NCBI GenBank assembly: GCA_050011565.1
Contig: JBEKIW010000001.1
Span: 608,001 to 672,000 of the forward strand
Direction: 5' to 3'
From: Dehalococcoidia bacterium
GTDB taxonomy: Bacteria; Chloroflexota; Dehalococcoidia; GIF9; UBA5629
Length of the DNA stretch: 64,000 nt
Within the stretch, counting starts at the first letter, position 1, and every line of letters begins with the position of its first letter. Below the pieces are notes generated by a model. It saw only the letters and a program-made list of their open reading frames with translations. It had not been told where the DNA came from and made no database searches. Positions 39,409 through 49,397 of this stretch are shown here, one piece after another. Made by a program: the position numbers and the translations under genes.

Positions 39409-41019
39409 ATGAAAAGGTTCAGTAGCTTTCTGCTCATCGCCCTGGTTCTCCTGTCTACCATCGCTGTCTCCTGTGCCCCCTCGTCAGTCGAGCTTAAAGA
39501 CCCTATAAAAATAGATACAGGACTGATATCGGGCACAACTGCTGGAGATATCCACATTTACAAAGGAATTCCTTTTGCCGCTCCGCCGGTAGGTGATTTG
39601 CGATGGAAACCACCGCAACCAGCGGCACCCTGGCAGGGGGTTAAGGATTGCACAAAGTTTGGCCCGGCACCAATGGGATATTATATCCCCGGTAGTTTTC
39701 CGTCATTTTCCAATCCTCCCAGCGAAGATTGCCTGTATCTCAATGTCTGGACTCCGGCTAAGATGACGGGTGACAAACTGCCGGTCATGGTCTGGCTGTA
39801 TGGCGGAGCCTTTTGGTTTGGTGAAGGCTCAAACCCAACATACGACGGTGTAAACCTGGCCAATCACGGTGCGGTCGTGGTCACCTTGAATTACCGGGTT
39901 GGCCCGCTCGGATGGCTGGCACATCCACTGCTCTCCAAGGAAGACCCACACAATTCCTCCGGCAACTACGGGCTGCTTGACCAGATAGCCGCGCTGCAGT
40001 GGGTGCAGAAAAATATCGCTGCCTTCGGCGGCGACTCCAGCCGGGTTACCATATTCGGTGAATCGGCAGGCGCTACTAGCGTGATTTGTCTGATGGCGTC
40101 GCCTCTAACCACGGGACTATTTCAGCGGGCTATATCGGAGAGTATGGCTGAGATGTCTTTTGCTGATATCCGTCAAGACAAATATGGTCAACCGGCCAAA
40201 GAAAAGATGGGCTTGCAGCTGGCCAAGGACCTCGGCTGCGACACTGCAGCCGACCCTATAGCTTGCATGCGTGCCAAGAGCGCACAGGAAGTCATGGACA
40301 CGGGGAAACCGGGTGGTGACCTTTTCGGTCCGTCTGTCTACAGATATGAGCCTTGTGTGGATGGCTGGATAATACCGGATCTTCCGCTAAACATATTTGA
40401 GGTGGGTAAACAACATAATGTTCCGCTATTGATTGGTTCCAATGCGGATGAAGGTAAATTATTTTCCAATTACAGTGTCGCGGACATGAAATCTTACACT
40501 GATTTCGTAAATGTGCTCTGCGGTGACAAGGTACAGCAGGTTTTGACTATGTTTCCTGGGACAACCGATGCGGAGGCTAAGTCATCCCTAAATCGGGTGT
40601 TAACGCTGCTGACATTTACCTGCCCCGCCAAAGCTTATGCCGGCGACATGAGCAAGGTTAATTCCAAAGCATATTTTTATCAGTTCAGCCGTGTAGCGCC
40701 TGGAAATAAGACCGGTGCCTTTCATTCACGGGAAATAGGTTATGTCTTCGGTAATCTAAGCCCCATGTTATCAGGTCTAAAGGCTGAGCAGTACTTTAAC
40801 GATGCCGATAGGGCACTATCTGAAGCTATGATGAAGTACTGGACTAATTTTGCCGCTGCCGGTGACCCCAACCAGGTAGGATTGACAAACTGGCCGGTCT
40901 ATGATGCTGCCGCAGGGCAGTACATGGACTTGGGTGACACGACACAGGTCAAATCAGGCCTTTATAATGAAGCCTGCGACCTGTTTATGAGCATAATCAA
41001 GGGGAAACGAGGCCAGTAG
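39409..41019 (+). CDS. Type-B carboxylesterase/lipase, probable lipoprotein
   Basis: Lipobox-like IAVSC, SEDCLYLN, GESAG, NADEG, GAFH. Confidence 0.93.
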   Translation: MKRFSSFLLIALVLLSTIAVSCAPSSVELKDPIKIDTGLISGTTAGDIHIYKGIPFAAPPVGDLRWKPPQPAAPWQGVKDCTKFGPAPMGYYIPGSFPSFSNPPSEDCLYLNVWTPAKMTGDKLPVMVWLYGGAFWFGEGSNPTYDGVNLANHGAVVVTLNYRVGPLGWLAHPLLSKEDPHNSSGNYGLLDQIAALQWVQKNIAAFGGDSSRVTIFGESAGATSVICLMASPLTTGLFQRAISESMAEMSFADIRQDKYGQPAKEKMGLQLAKDLGCDTAADPIACMRAKSAQEVMDTGKPGGDLFGPSVYRYEPCVDGWIIPDLPLNIFEVGKQHNVPLLIGSNADEGKLFSNYSVADMKSYTDFVNVLCGDKVQQVLTMFPGTTDAEAKSSLNRVLTLLTFTCPAKAYAGDMSKVNSKAYFYQFSRVAPGNKTGAFHSREIGYVFGNLSPMLSGLKAEQYFNDADRALSEAMMKYWTNFAAAGDPNQVGLTNWPVYDAAAGQYMDLGDTTQVKSGLYNEACDLFMSIIKGKRGQ

Positions 41020-41055
41020 AACTTAGCCGAGCACAAGCTACTTCTCTGTGAGCAC

Positions 41056-41094
41056 ACCTCCCTCAGTTCATCATTCTGAGGGAGGTTTTGTTTT
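41056..41094 (+). terminator. Rho-independent terminator
   Basis: ACCTCCCTCAG-9 nt-CTGAGGGAGGT followed by TTTGTTTT. Confidence 0.8.
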
Positions 41095-41202
41095 GTGCCA
41101 CTCTGAGAGAGCACTTAGCCTTTCCTGTCATTCTGAGCGCAGCGAAGAATCTCATACGGCTCAGGATAAATTCGGCGAAGAGTCTATAGATTCTTCGCCG
41201 AA
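41070..41202. repeat. REP-like palindromic repeat cluster
   Basis: Three (T/C)CA(T/C)TCTGAG starts, GTCATTCTGAGCGCAGCGAAGAATCTC, and near-perfect palindrome TTCGGCGAAGAGTCTATAGATTCTTCGCCGAA. Confidence 0.65.
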
Positions 41203-41504
41203 GCTTTCTTCTTGCAGCTTTCCCACCCAGGATGACCTGGAGCAAATGAAGACCGAGGCGGCGGACTCCAACGTGCTGCGTTAGCTATGGTTGCCTGTAC
41301 AAGAGCTACCGTTTCCTATGATGGGTAAACTCGGGGTATTAAAAGCCACCAAGCCTCTCGGCGTGGGATTATTAATTGGGATGAGCACTCTCACCAGATT
41401 CAAATTTTTGGGAGCAACCCAAGTTTCAGGTAGATTTATTTACAGAGCACTAATGGGCTGATATGCTGAGGTGTGTATTTGGGTTTGATATATTCGAACC
41501 TCAT

Positions 41505-42360
41505 CTAGTTGATCAGATGTCCACCAAATACTAATCCGAGGCAAAGAATAAAGTTGTCTTGGAGACGATAGTGCTCTGCAACTGCAAAGAATTCCAATTT
41601 TTGAAGTGAAGGCGCTTTACTCCTATCACCTAGGTCTCTCGCGATCTAACAGCAATTTTATGTAATTCAAAATCTCTAATATCTCTTAATCCACCTTGGT
41701 GTGCGATTTCACGTGCATTTTCCGTGAGATTAGCTAAGAAGTTTTTTTGCGCCAAGTTTAGCTGATTTAGAAGTTCCCTTTCCAGACGATCTATTCTCTT
41801 TAGCCACGGATTTTTCGATAGATTTGGTAATCCATAGTATGGAACTATTATATAATCAATCAGTTTGTCCCAACCTGCTCTAATTCTGAAAATAGCGTTT
41901 AGAAGATGGTGTTCAAACTGCATGTCATGCCAGCCTATGAGTTTAGTCACCCTGGGGTCCTTTTCTTGTTTAGTTGACTCTTGAGCCTCTTTATCTCTCG
42001 TAATACTTAATATTGATGCTAAACGTAATTCCTCAAGTATTGACCAAGAATTGACTAGAAAATCAGCCAGTCCTCCCCAAAATAGATTGATGTTAGCTTT
42101 ATCTGGTATATCTATGCCCTCAAGCAATCGTGCATAATCTAGTTGCATCAGGTCATCGATTTGCTGTCCTTGCGTCGGGATTATTTGTGCTCTTCGAAAG
42201 AAGATCCAAACGGACTCATTTTGTTCAAGGCTTCCCCACTCGGTCTGTTTTTCTTGAGCCTCTATTACTTTCAACATTATTGCACGGTTATTCTCTCAGA
42301 GATAAATGGCACAACCAACTTAGCGACAGGGATTCTATTATATTCTTTAATAAACCTCAT
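41505..42360 (-). pseudogene. HEPN-like (Cthe_2314-type) gene, probably frameshifted; intact core ORF 41630..42277
   Basis: NAIFRIRAGWDKL and RDFELH (Rx4H); open continuations in shifted frames at both ends; AT-rich. Confidence 0.55.
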
Positions 42361-42764
42361 TTTAGTACACAGTAAGGACGGTGAAAGCCCCTGATAAGTA
42401 AAAAGTGCTTTTCTAGCAGCTACCAATATCAGCAGGTTTTTATAAAGGCGTCCTGACAGAGGTAATGATTTCATCTAATCCCTACACATGTTTACCAGAG
42501 TTATCAAGATTATTATACCGCCATATCTCATCACAGACTAGAATTATACTCAAACTACGGATAAAGCAGCCAAAGACTCATAGTCATAAGCTTCTTGGCA
42601 AGTCGCAGCATTACGTCACTATTGAAGCTCCCAAATTAGTAAGAATGTGCCATAATGAAATACAGACATAAAGGCGTGTTGGCAAGATATAACGCTCAAT
42701 GCGTAGTTAAATTGAACAAGAAGCTACTATCAGCTATAATTTCGTGACACGTTAGGAGGTCTAC

Positions 42765-44576
42765 TTGCTCAAAAGCCACAGCTGCGGAGAACTAACAGAA
42801 AAACACATCGGACACGAGGTAACTTTAGCCGGATGGGTGCACCGGCGGCGCGACCACGGCGGGCTGATATTCATTGATTTAAGAGACAAAGAGGGCATAG
42901 CCCAGGTGGTCTTTAACCCGGAAACATCGAAAAAGGCACATAAAACAGCCAACGAGCTACGCAACGAGTATGTGGCTAAGATAACGGGTAAAGTAGAGAA
43001 ACGTCCAGCCGGCACCGAGAACCTGAAGCTGCCCACCGGCAAAATCGAAGTAATCGCCAGCGATATACAAATTCTCAATACAGCCAAAACACCGCCGTTC
43101 TATATAAATGAGGACGTAGAAGTCGACGAAAACCTGAGTCTGAAGTACCGCTATCTCTACCTCAGGCGCCCTAGAATGAAGGACAACATTATACTGCGCC
43201 ATAAGGTGGAGAAATTTATGCGCGACTTTCTCGATGCCAAGGGCTTTATCGAGATTGAGACGCCTATATTATTCAAGAGCACGCCGGAAGGCGCTCGCGA
43301 CTATCTGGTGCCCAGCCGCATACACCCGGGCAAGTTCTACGCGTTACCTCAGTCGCCGCAGCAGCTAAAGCAGCTATTGATGGTGGCCGGCTTCGAGAAA
43401 TACTACCAGATAGCCCGCTGCTTCCGCGACGAGGACTTGCGCGCCGACCGGCAGCCCGAGTTTGCGCAGCTCGATATGGAGATGAGCTTTATCGATGAAG
43501 AGGATATACTTAGCCTGCTGGAAGAGATGTTTACCTTGCTGGTGGAAACGGTTAAGCCAGAAATGAAAATACTGAAACCGTTCCCCCGGCTTTCCTATGC
43601 CGAAACGATGGAGCGGTACGGCACGGATAAGCCGGATATACGCTTCGGGCTGGAGTTGAGAGACCTATCTAAGATTGTTGCCGAATCCGAGTTCGCCGTT
43701 TTCCGTTCGGCTATACAGGGCGGCGGCAAAGTGAAGGGTATATGCCTGCCGGGCTGTGCCGATTACTCTCACAAGCAGACGGAGGAGTTGACCGAGCTGG
43801 CAAAGTCCTCCGGCGCCAAAGGCCTGATAACTCTAGCCCTACCCGCCGGCAGTTTTGACAGCCTGGAGAAACTGATGCCTGATAAGGTCAAATCGGTGGC
43901 CGCCAAGTACCTGACCGCGGAGCAGCTAAAGGAGATAGTCAGCAGGTTTGAAGCTAAAGCGGGCGACCTGATACTAATAGTAGCCGGCGAGGCCAAGATG
44001 GTGGATAAGGTGCTGGACGAGCTGCGCCGGGAGATGGGACGCCGTCTGGGACTAATCGACCCGAACCTGCTAGTTTTCTTCTTCGTCGTCGACTTCCCGC
44101 TGCTGGACTGGAATGCGGAAACGAAGCTGTGGGAGCCGATGCACCATCCGTTTACTTCGCCTCGTGAAGAGGATATGCCGCTGCTGGATAAGGACCCGGC
44201 CAGGGTGCGGGCACGCCACTACGACATCGTATGCAATGGCTACGAGCTGTCCAGCGGCAGCATCAGGATTCACACGCGCGAGTTGCAGCAGAAGATATTC
44301 CGCCTGTTGGGCTACACAGACGAGGAGATAGAAGCCCGGTTCGGGCATATGCTGGAAGCTTTCGATTATGGAGCGCCACCCCACGGCGGCATTGCACCGG
44401 GCATCGACCGCGTGGTGATGCTGCTGGCAGGCGCTGACAACATAAGGGAGGTAATTGCCTTTCCCAAGAATCAAAGCGCCATTGACGTGATGAGCGATTC
44501 ACCGTCTGTGGTCTCCAAGGCCCAGCTTGACGAGTTACATTTGAAGCTGGCGGATGAGGAGACCAAGAAGGCTTGA
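42765..44576 (+). CDS. aspS: Aspartate--tRNA ligase, probably non-discriminating
   Basis: RRRDHGG, STPEGARDY, FRDEDLRADRQPEF, PPHGG. Confidence 0.98.
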   Translation: MLKSHSCGELTEKHIGHEVTLAGWVHRRRDHGGLIFIDLRDKEGIAQVVFNPETSKKAHKTANELRNEYVAKITGKVEKRPAGTENLKLPTGKIEVIASDIQILNTAKTPPFYINEDVEVDENLSLKYRYLYLRRPRMKDNIILRHKVEKFMRDFLDAKGFIEIETPILFKSTPEGARDYLVPSRIHPGKFYALPQSPQQLKQLLMVAGFEKYYQIARCFRDEDLRADRQPEFAQLDMEMSFIDEEDILSLLEEMFTLLVETVKPEMKILKPFPRLSYAETMERYGTDKPDIRFGLELRDLSKIVAESEFAVFRSAIQGGGKVKGICLPGCADYSHKQTEELTELAKSSGAKGLITLALPAGSFDSLEKLMPDKVKSVAAKYLTAEQLKEIVSRFEAKAGDLILIVAGEAKMVDKVLDELRREMGRRLGLIDPNLLVFFFVVDFPLLDWNAETKLWEPMHHPFTSPREEDMPLLDKDPARVRARHYDIVCNGYELSSGSIRIHTRELQQKIFRLLGYTDEEIEARFGHMLEAFDYGAPPHGGIAPGIDRVVMLLAGADNIREVIAFPKNQSAIDVMSDSPSVVSKAQLDELHLKLADEETKKA

Positions 44577-44587
44577 GCTGTAATATT

Positions 44588-44636
44588 TCCCCCTCCCTCT
44601 AGCTCCCTCCCGCCAGGGGAGGGAGCAACTATTTTT
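44588..44636 (+). repeat. GC-rich hairpin (REP-like and/or aspS terminator)
   Basis: CCCCCTCCCTCTA then GCTCCCTCCC-gccag-GGGAGGGAGC, followed by a T tract. Confidence 0.55.
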
Positions 44637-44679
44637 CGCAGAAGAGGAATATCGTAAGGTATAATATAGGCAGGTAAAC

Positions 44680-45990
44680 ATGAAAGTTTCCACAGAACCG
44701 GTTGAGAACAGCCAGGTAGCACTCAATATCGAGATGGAGCCAATCGAGATAGATAAATATCTCGATAGAGCTTACAATCGACTGGTTAAAAGGGTCTCCG
44801 TACCCGGCTTCCGCAAAGGCAAAGCGCCGAGAGATATACTGGAACGTCACATCGGCAAGGATGCCTTATTCCAGGAAGCTCTGGAAGACCTGATTCCAAG
44901 GGCCTACAAGGAAGCACTGGATGAGCAAAAGATAGACCCTATTGCTCAACCTCAGTTCGAACTTATAAAAACCGAGCCGTTGATTTTTAAAGCTGTGGTG
45001 CCGCTCAAGCCGACAGTCAAGCTTGGGGACTATACAAAGATAAGAGTTGAATCCAAGCCGGTTAAAATCAGCAAGAAGGATACCGATGCCACCATGGAAC
45101 AACTGCGTGAGCAACAGGCTGTACTGCTGCCGGTTGACCGGACGGTACAGTTCGGCGACGTAGTCACTATCGACGTCGAGGGCCAGAGAGAAGGGGGGCC
45201 ATTCCCAATCCGAAAGGATGTTGTTTATGAAGTCACCAAAGAAGCGCGGTTACCTCTGCCCGGATTCGCTGAGAATCTGGAGGGAATGACCAAAGGCGAG
45301 GAGAAGAGCTTTACCCTGTCTTATCCCGAGGACTATGAAATGAAGGAACTGGCGGGAAAAGACCATGCCTTCAAGGTTACCGTCAAGGAGATAAAAGAGA
45401 AAAAGCTGGCCGAGATTGACGACGAATTCGCCAAGAGCCTGGGCAAAGACGACGTGGATTCGTTACGAGAACAAATAGAGTCCAATTTGAAAACCAGGGC
45501 TGAAGAGAGAGCGCGGGTGGAGCTGGAGCAGACGGCGGTGGATAAGCTTGTCGAGCTCGGCGAAGTCGAATATCCGCCGGTACTGGTGGAGAAAGAAATT
45601 GACCGGTTACTCAACGAGGAGGCTAGGCATTTTGCCGAAGGCGTCGCCGGGCTGGAGAATTATTTGAAAACGCTTAATAAGACTATGGACAATCACCGGG
45701 AAGAATTGCGGCCGATGGCCAGCAAGCGTGTCGTCCGGTCTCTGGCTCTGGGACAGCTGGCTGAATCCGAAAAGATAGAAGTGGCTGATTCAGATATAGA
45801 CGCCGAGGTAGAAAAGATGGCGCAAGATGCCGACAAGCAGGCTGAGGATGTAAGAAAGTTGTTCAGCCTGCCGCAAGCCCGCGAGTCAATTAAACAATTT
45901 CTAATAGGTCGGAAGTCTGTAGAGCGGCTGGTGGAGATAGCTACAGAGAAAAAGCGAGTTACTCATTCTAGAAAGGGGAAGGCAAAATGA
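44680..45990 (+). CDS. tig: Trigger factor
   Basis: [13 protein letters not shown]-like middle domain. Confidence 0.97.
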   Translation: MKVSTEPVENSQVALNIEMEPIEIDKYLDRAYNRLVKRVSVPGFRKGKAPRDILERHIGKDALFQEALEDLIPRAYKEALDEQKIDPIAQPQFELIKTEPLIFKAVVPLKPTVKLGDYTKIRVESKPVKISKKDTDATMEQLREQQAVLLPVDRTVQFGDVVTIDVEGQREGGPFPIRKDVVYEVTKEARLPLPGFAENLEGMTKGEEKSFTLSYPEDYEMKELAGKDHAFKVTVKEIKEKKLAEIDDEFAKSLGKDDVDSLREQIESNLKTRAEERARVELEQTAVDKLVELGEVEYPPVLVEKEIDRLLNEEARHFAEGVAGLENYLKTLNKTMDNHREELRPMASKRVVRSLALGQLAESEKIEVADSDIDAEVEKMAQDADKQAEDVRKLFSLPQARESIKQFLIGRKSVERLVEIATEKKRVTHSRKGKAK

Positions 45991-46607
45991 AAAATTTACC
46001 ACAAAACATTATTCCTACGGTTATCGAAAGTGGTGCACGAGGAGAGCGAGCCTTTGACATTTACTCTCTGCTCTTAAGAGAACGCATTATCTTTTTGGGG
46101 ATGCCTATTAACGACCAGATAGCCAGCCTGATTATCGCCCAACTTCTTTATCTGGAGCACGAGGACCCGGAAAAGGATATAAATCTTTACATACATTCGC
46201 CGGGCGGTATCATCGCTGCCGGACTGGCCATTTATGACACTATACAGCTCGTGAGGCCGGAAGTATCCACCATCTGTGTAGGGCTGGCTGCTAGCATGGC
46301 CACGGTTATACTTGCTGCTGGAACTAAAGGTAAACGCTACGCTCTGCCTCACTCCACGATTCACATGCACCAGGCAGCTGGCGGCGCCCAGGGGCAGGCA
46401 GCCGATATCGAGATCGCGGCTAGAGAGATTATGAGGCTGCAGGACCTGATTCGCAGTATTTTAGTTAAGCATACCGGCCAGACGTTGGATAAAATTGTAC
46501 ATGATACCGACCGCGATTTTTATCTGAACGCCGACCAGGCTGTGGAGTACGGCATAGTTGACCAGATTTTAAGCGGGCCGCAGACTAAGGGGCAGAAAAA
46601 GGCCTAA
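45987..46607 (+). CDS. clpP: ATP-dependent Clp protease proteolytic subunit
   Basis: [20 protein letters not shown] catalytic triad. Confidence 0.97.
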   Translation: MKNLPQNIIPTVIESGARGERAFDIYSLLLRERIIFLGMPINDQIASLIIAQLLYLEHEDPEKDINLYIHSPGGIIAAGLAIYDTIQLVRPEVSTICVGLAASMATVILAAGTKGKRYALPHSTIHMHQAAGGAQGQAADIEIAAREIMRLQDLIRSILVKHTGQTLDKIVHDTDRDFYLNADQAVEYGIVDQILSGPQTKGQKKA

Positions 46608-46611
46608 ATGT

Positions 46612-47577
46612 CTACAGGCGGTGGCCTGAACGCTTTAGGTATTCCTGAGATAGCTGAGATAAGGTCGGCAGACCGGTTCTGGCTCCGACTTTCTTTATGG
46701 CGAAGCCAGCCGCTATATTGCCCAGCAAGCCACATTCTTCAATCCTTTTGCCTTTGAGTAAACCGAAGAGAAGGCCGGCAGCGAAGGCATCGCCGGCACC
46801 GGTCGTCTCCAGCGGGGATTTTCGGCCTGCTTTTTCGGACACAACCTCGTATTCCTTTTCCCCATCGCGTATATAGGCCGTAACCATCCCGGCCTTGCCC
46901 TTAGCCAGACCTTTGCCCAGAGTGACGACGACAATGCGGCAGCCTGATTTCACAAGCTCCCTGGCTCCGGCGTTGAAATCTATGCCGGTCAGCCTTTCAA
47001 TCTCCTCACGGTTCATAAAGACGACTTGGGTTCTTTTGAACAAGGGGGCCAAAGCTTTCAATCCCTTAGTGACATAGATCATACCTGGAGCCAGGCTGAC
47101 TCTGACTGAGTCCTTCAGCTTTTTTACTGAGGCGACTTGAAGTTTGAGTTGCCTGTCATCGGCGAAGGAAGACAGATGAACCATCTGAGCCTGGTTCAAA
47201 TAAGCCAGGTCTATGTCACTGGAGCTCAGCAAATTGTTAGCCCCGGGGGAGACATATATAGCTCGCCTTCCCAGCTTGTCGCTGATGCATATCGTTGAGC
47301 CTGTTTCCGCTTTCTTAATCCTGATTTGACTGGTATCAACGGCAGCAGTTTTTAAATCATCAATCAATGCCTTCCCATACTTATCTGCGCCTATAGCTCC
47401 GACGAAGCCTGTCTTAAGGCCCAGCCTGGCTAAGCCGTAAATCGTGTTTGCTGCCGAACCTCCAGGGATGGATTCAAAATCTTTCACCGAGTGCTCGCCG
47501 TCAACGACAAGCTCATCGACCTGACACAGGTGGTCGATGTTCATGGCTCCGAAACCTACTACGTTAATTTTAACCAT
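46612..47577 (-). CDS. PfkB/ribokinase-family kinase
   Basis: GGSAANT, NREE, TTGAGDAF; ATG 47577 avoids overlap with the upstream gene. Confidence 0.93.
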   Translation of the reverse strand: MVKINVVGFGAMNIDHLCQVDELVVDGEHSVKDFESIPGGSAANTIYGLARLGLKTGFVGAIGADKYGKALIDDLKTAAVDTSQIRIKKAETGSTICISDKLGRRAIYVSPGANNLLSSSDIDLAYLNQAQMVHLSSFADDRQLKLQVASVKKLKDSVRVSLAPGMIYVTKGLKALAPLFKRTQVVFMNREEIERLTGIDFNAGARELVKSGCRIVVVTLGKGLAKGKAGMVTAYIRDGEKEYEVVSEKAGRKSPLETTGAGDAFAAGLLFGLLKGKRIEECGLLGNIAAGFAIKKVGARTGLPTLSQLSQEYLKRSGHRL

Positions 47578-47584
47578 GTTGAAT

Positions 47585-48571
47585 TCAGCCCAGCTTAGCT
47601 GCCTCTTCCCGAACAACACAGCGGATTCGCTTGTGGACTTCAAGAGGAACGGCTATACTTTTAATCCCGGAGAGCCAGTGGAAATAGCCCCTGTCGTCGT
47701 TGCCACCAGCTTTCTCCTCTTCCCTGACCAGTTTTTCCACGGCCGAACGTTTGCCTTTCTTCCACACCTCCAGCACCGGCCTCAGGTCGTCGAGATGTGT
47801 AGAGGCCAGGCCTATAGTGGCGTAGGGTAGGGCATACTCGTTAGCATTGAAGGCAACGGCCAGGCCGCCGGCCTGGTCAACAGCCTGGAGCATTTTGAAA
47901 TCGGTAATGCTGTCGCCGACCACCACCCAGCAGGGTAGAGGCTGCTTTTGAGCCTCGGCAAAATGCCGCAGGGCTTCCACCTTACGCTGACCGCCAACTG
48001 GCTGCACTTGCTGTACAAGTCGACCCAGACCGGTCCTGGGCAATTCCTTCCAATAAAAGCGGTCCAGCCTTTTCTTTATCCAATTATCATCTATAGGATA
48101 TCGATTCAGAATGTCCTTCTCCAGCGTCTCTAAGAAACGGAAGTCCTCTTCAGATAACTCTTTGGAAAATTTTTCCAACGGGAACGACGTGGAGGCGACA
48201 TGCTGGGAGAAAATTCCGAGCCGATGGGCCACGCGCTTAGCGTACTGCTCATAGCTGGTGCTGATGCAGAATATCTTCCAGCCCTGAGCGCTAAGTCTGG
48301 AGATTAGACTGACAGCTCCGGGGGTCAAGGTCGCCTTTCTGGCCAATGCGGAAATGTCGTGTTCCTTTATCCCGTGACAGACAAGGAAAGGTGCAATAAG
48401 AGCCAGCGTATCGCCGGGTTCGTAATCAAACCTGGCTACCAGGGTCAGCAAGTCATCATAGCGGCTGATAACCTCAAAAATCCGGCCTCCATCGGGGAAG
48501 AGCTTCATCAGTTCATAGGCATTATCCTGAGTGGCTAACGGACCTTCGAGGTCAAAACAGATTACGCTCAT
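47585..48571 (-). CDS. HAD-like hydrolase, COG4030/'EhaR'-like family
   Basis: FDLEGP, ISRYDD..YEPGDTL.LI.PFL, ISTSYEQY, GDSITD, AFNAN.YAL. Confidence 0.78.
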   Translation of the reverse strand: MSVICFDLEGPLATQDNAYELMKLFPDGGRIFEVISRYDDLLTLVARFDYEPGDTLALIAPFLVCHGIKEHDISALARKATLTPGAVSLISRLSAQGWKIFCISTSYEQYAKRVAHRLGIFSQHVASTSFPLEKFSKELSEEDFRFLETLEKDILNRYPIDDNWIKKRLDRFYWKELPRTGLGRLVQQVQPVGGQRKVEALRHFAEAQKQPLPCWVVVGDSITDFKMLQAVDQAGGLAVAFNANEYALPYATIGLASTHLDDLRPVLEVWKKGKRSAVEKLVREEEKAGGNDDRGYFHWLSGIKSIAVPLEVHKRIRCVVREEAAKLG

Positions 48572-49386
48572 TGGGTTCCTACGGCTCTATTTACTTCATC
48601 GCTCAGGTTGTACCCTGATATCGACCTTCCCTCACGGTTAAGCAGTCTGCCGGCTTCTATCTTAACCTCACCTTTACTGAAGGCTTTCAAGGTCGACACG
48701 ATAAGCGGGAACTCTCTGGCCAGTCCATGCCGGCGGATAAGCTGAAACAGCGCGTTTTTTTCGCCCTCGTCTTTTTTTATTTCAGCTATTGAGCGGCCAT
48801 TTAGTTCGCGCCAGAAGTTATCAAAAGGTTTGCCTCTAATGGGATAAGTGCAGTAAGTTATTACCGGCCCGCTGTCCAGTTCAGGAGTTACCAGATGCAT
48901 CATTACACCTGATTCGGTGGCCTTGTTCTCAATCAAGGTCCAGATTACTTCCTGCCAGCTGCCTTTAGGCCCGCCGGGAACTGCCGGATGCAGGTTAATC
49001 ATGTCATATCGGTGGCACACCTCTTCCCCGACGATAAGCATATAGCCGGCAAGCACACACAGGTCCGGATGAAAATCATCCAGCCTTTTCATAACCTGCC
49101 GGTCATATTCAAGGCGCCAGCCGCGTAATTTTTCGCCCTCCGCCTTGCCTGTTATACCCGATGAGTCTTTAAATTTCTGGGAAGAAAAGCAAATCAGCGG
49201 AATTTCATAGCTTCGAACTAGCTCAAAAAATAAGTCGCTATCTCTGTCCTCGCCGGGCTCCCGGTTACTAAATGTAAAAACAATCCTGCCTTTTATATCA
49301 CCGCTTTGAATTTTCTGGTATACGACTTGTAGAAGCTGTCTTGCTGCCTCGTCTCTGCCAGTGGAAAACCAACCGATGGTCAACAA
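48568..49386 (-). CDS. Divergent PurN-like formyltransferase
   Basis: LAGYMLI, INLHP, MHLVT.ELDSGP; unusual GWFSTGRD N-terminus and internal insertions. Confidence 0.82.
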   Translation of the reverse strand: MLTIGWFSTGRDEAARQLLQVVYQKIQSGDIKGRIVFTFSNREPGEDRDSDLFFELVRSYEIPLICFSSQKFKDSSGITGKAEGEKLRGWRLEYDRQVMKRLDDFHPDLCVLAGYMLIVGEEVCHRYDMINLHPAVPGGPKGSWQEVIWTLIENKATESGVMMHLVTPELDSGPVITYCTYPIRGKPFDNFWRELNGRSIAEIKKDEGEKNALFQLIRRHGLAREFPLIVSTLKAFSKGEVKIEAGRLLNREGRSISGYNLSDEVNRAVGTQ

Positions 49387-49397
49387 GTGAACCTCTC

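Noticed and set aside
41048-41284. 78-aa and 60-aa ORFs with CHSERSEES-like text
   Set aside because: Translations of the REP-like repeats
41530-41632. Amber (pyrrolysine) read-through of the HEPN ORF, and of the TAG upstream of the leader sORF near 2110
   Set aside because: No pyl genes are seen, TAG ends many normal genes here, and a frameshift gives a more protein-like continuation
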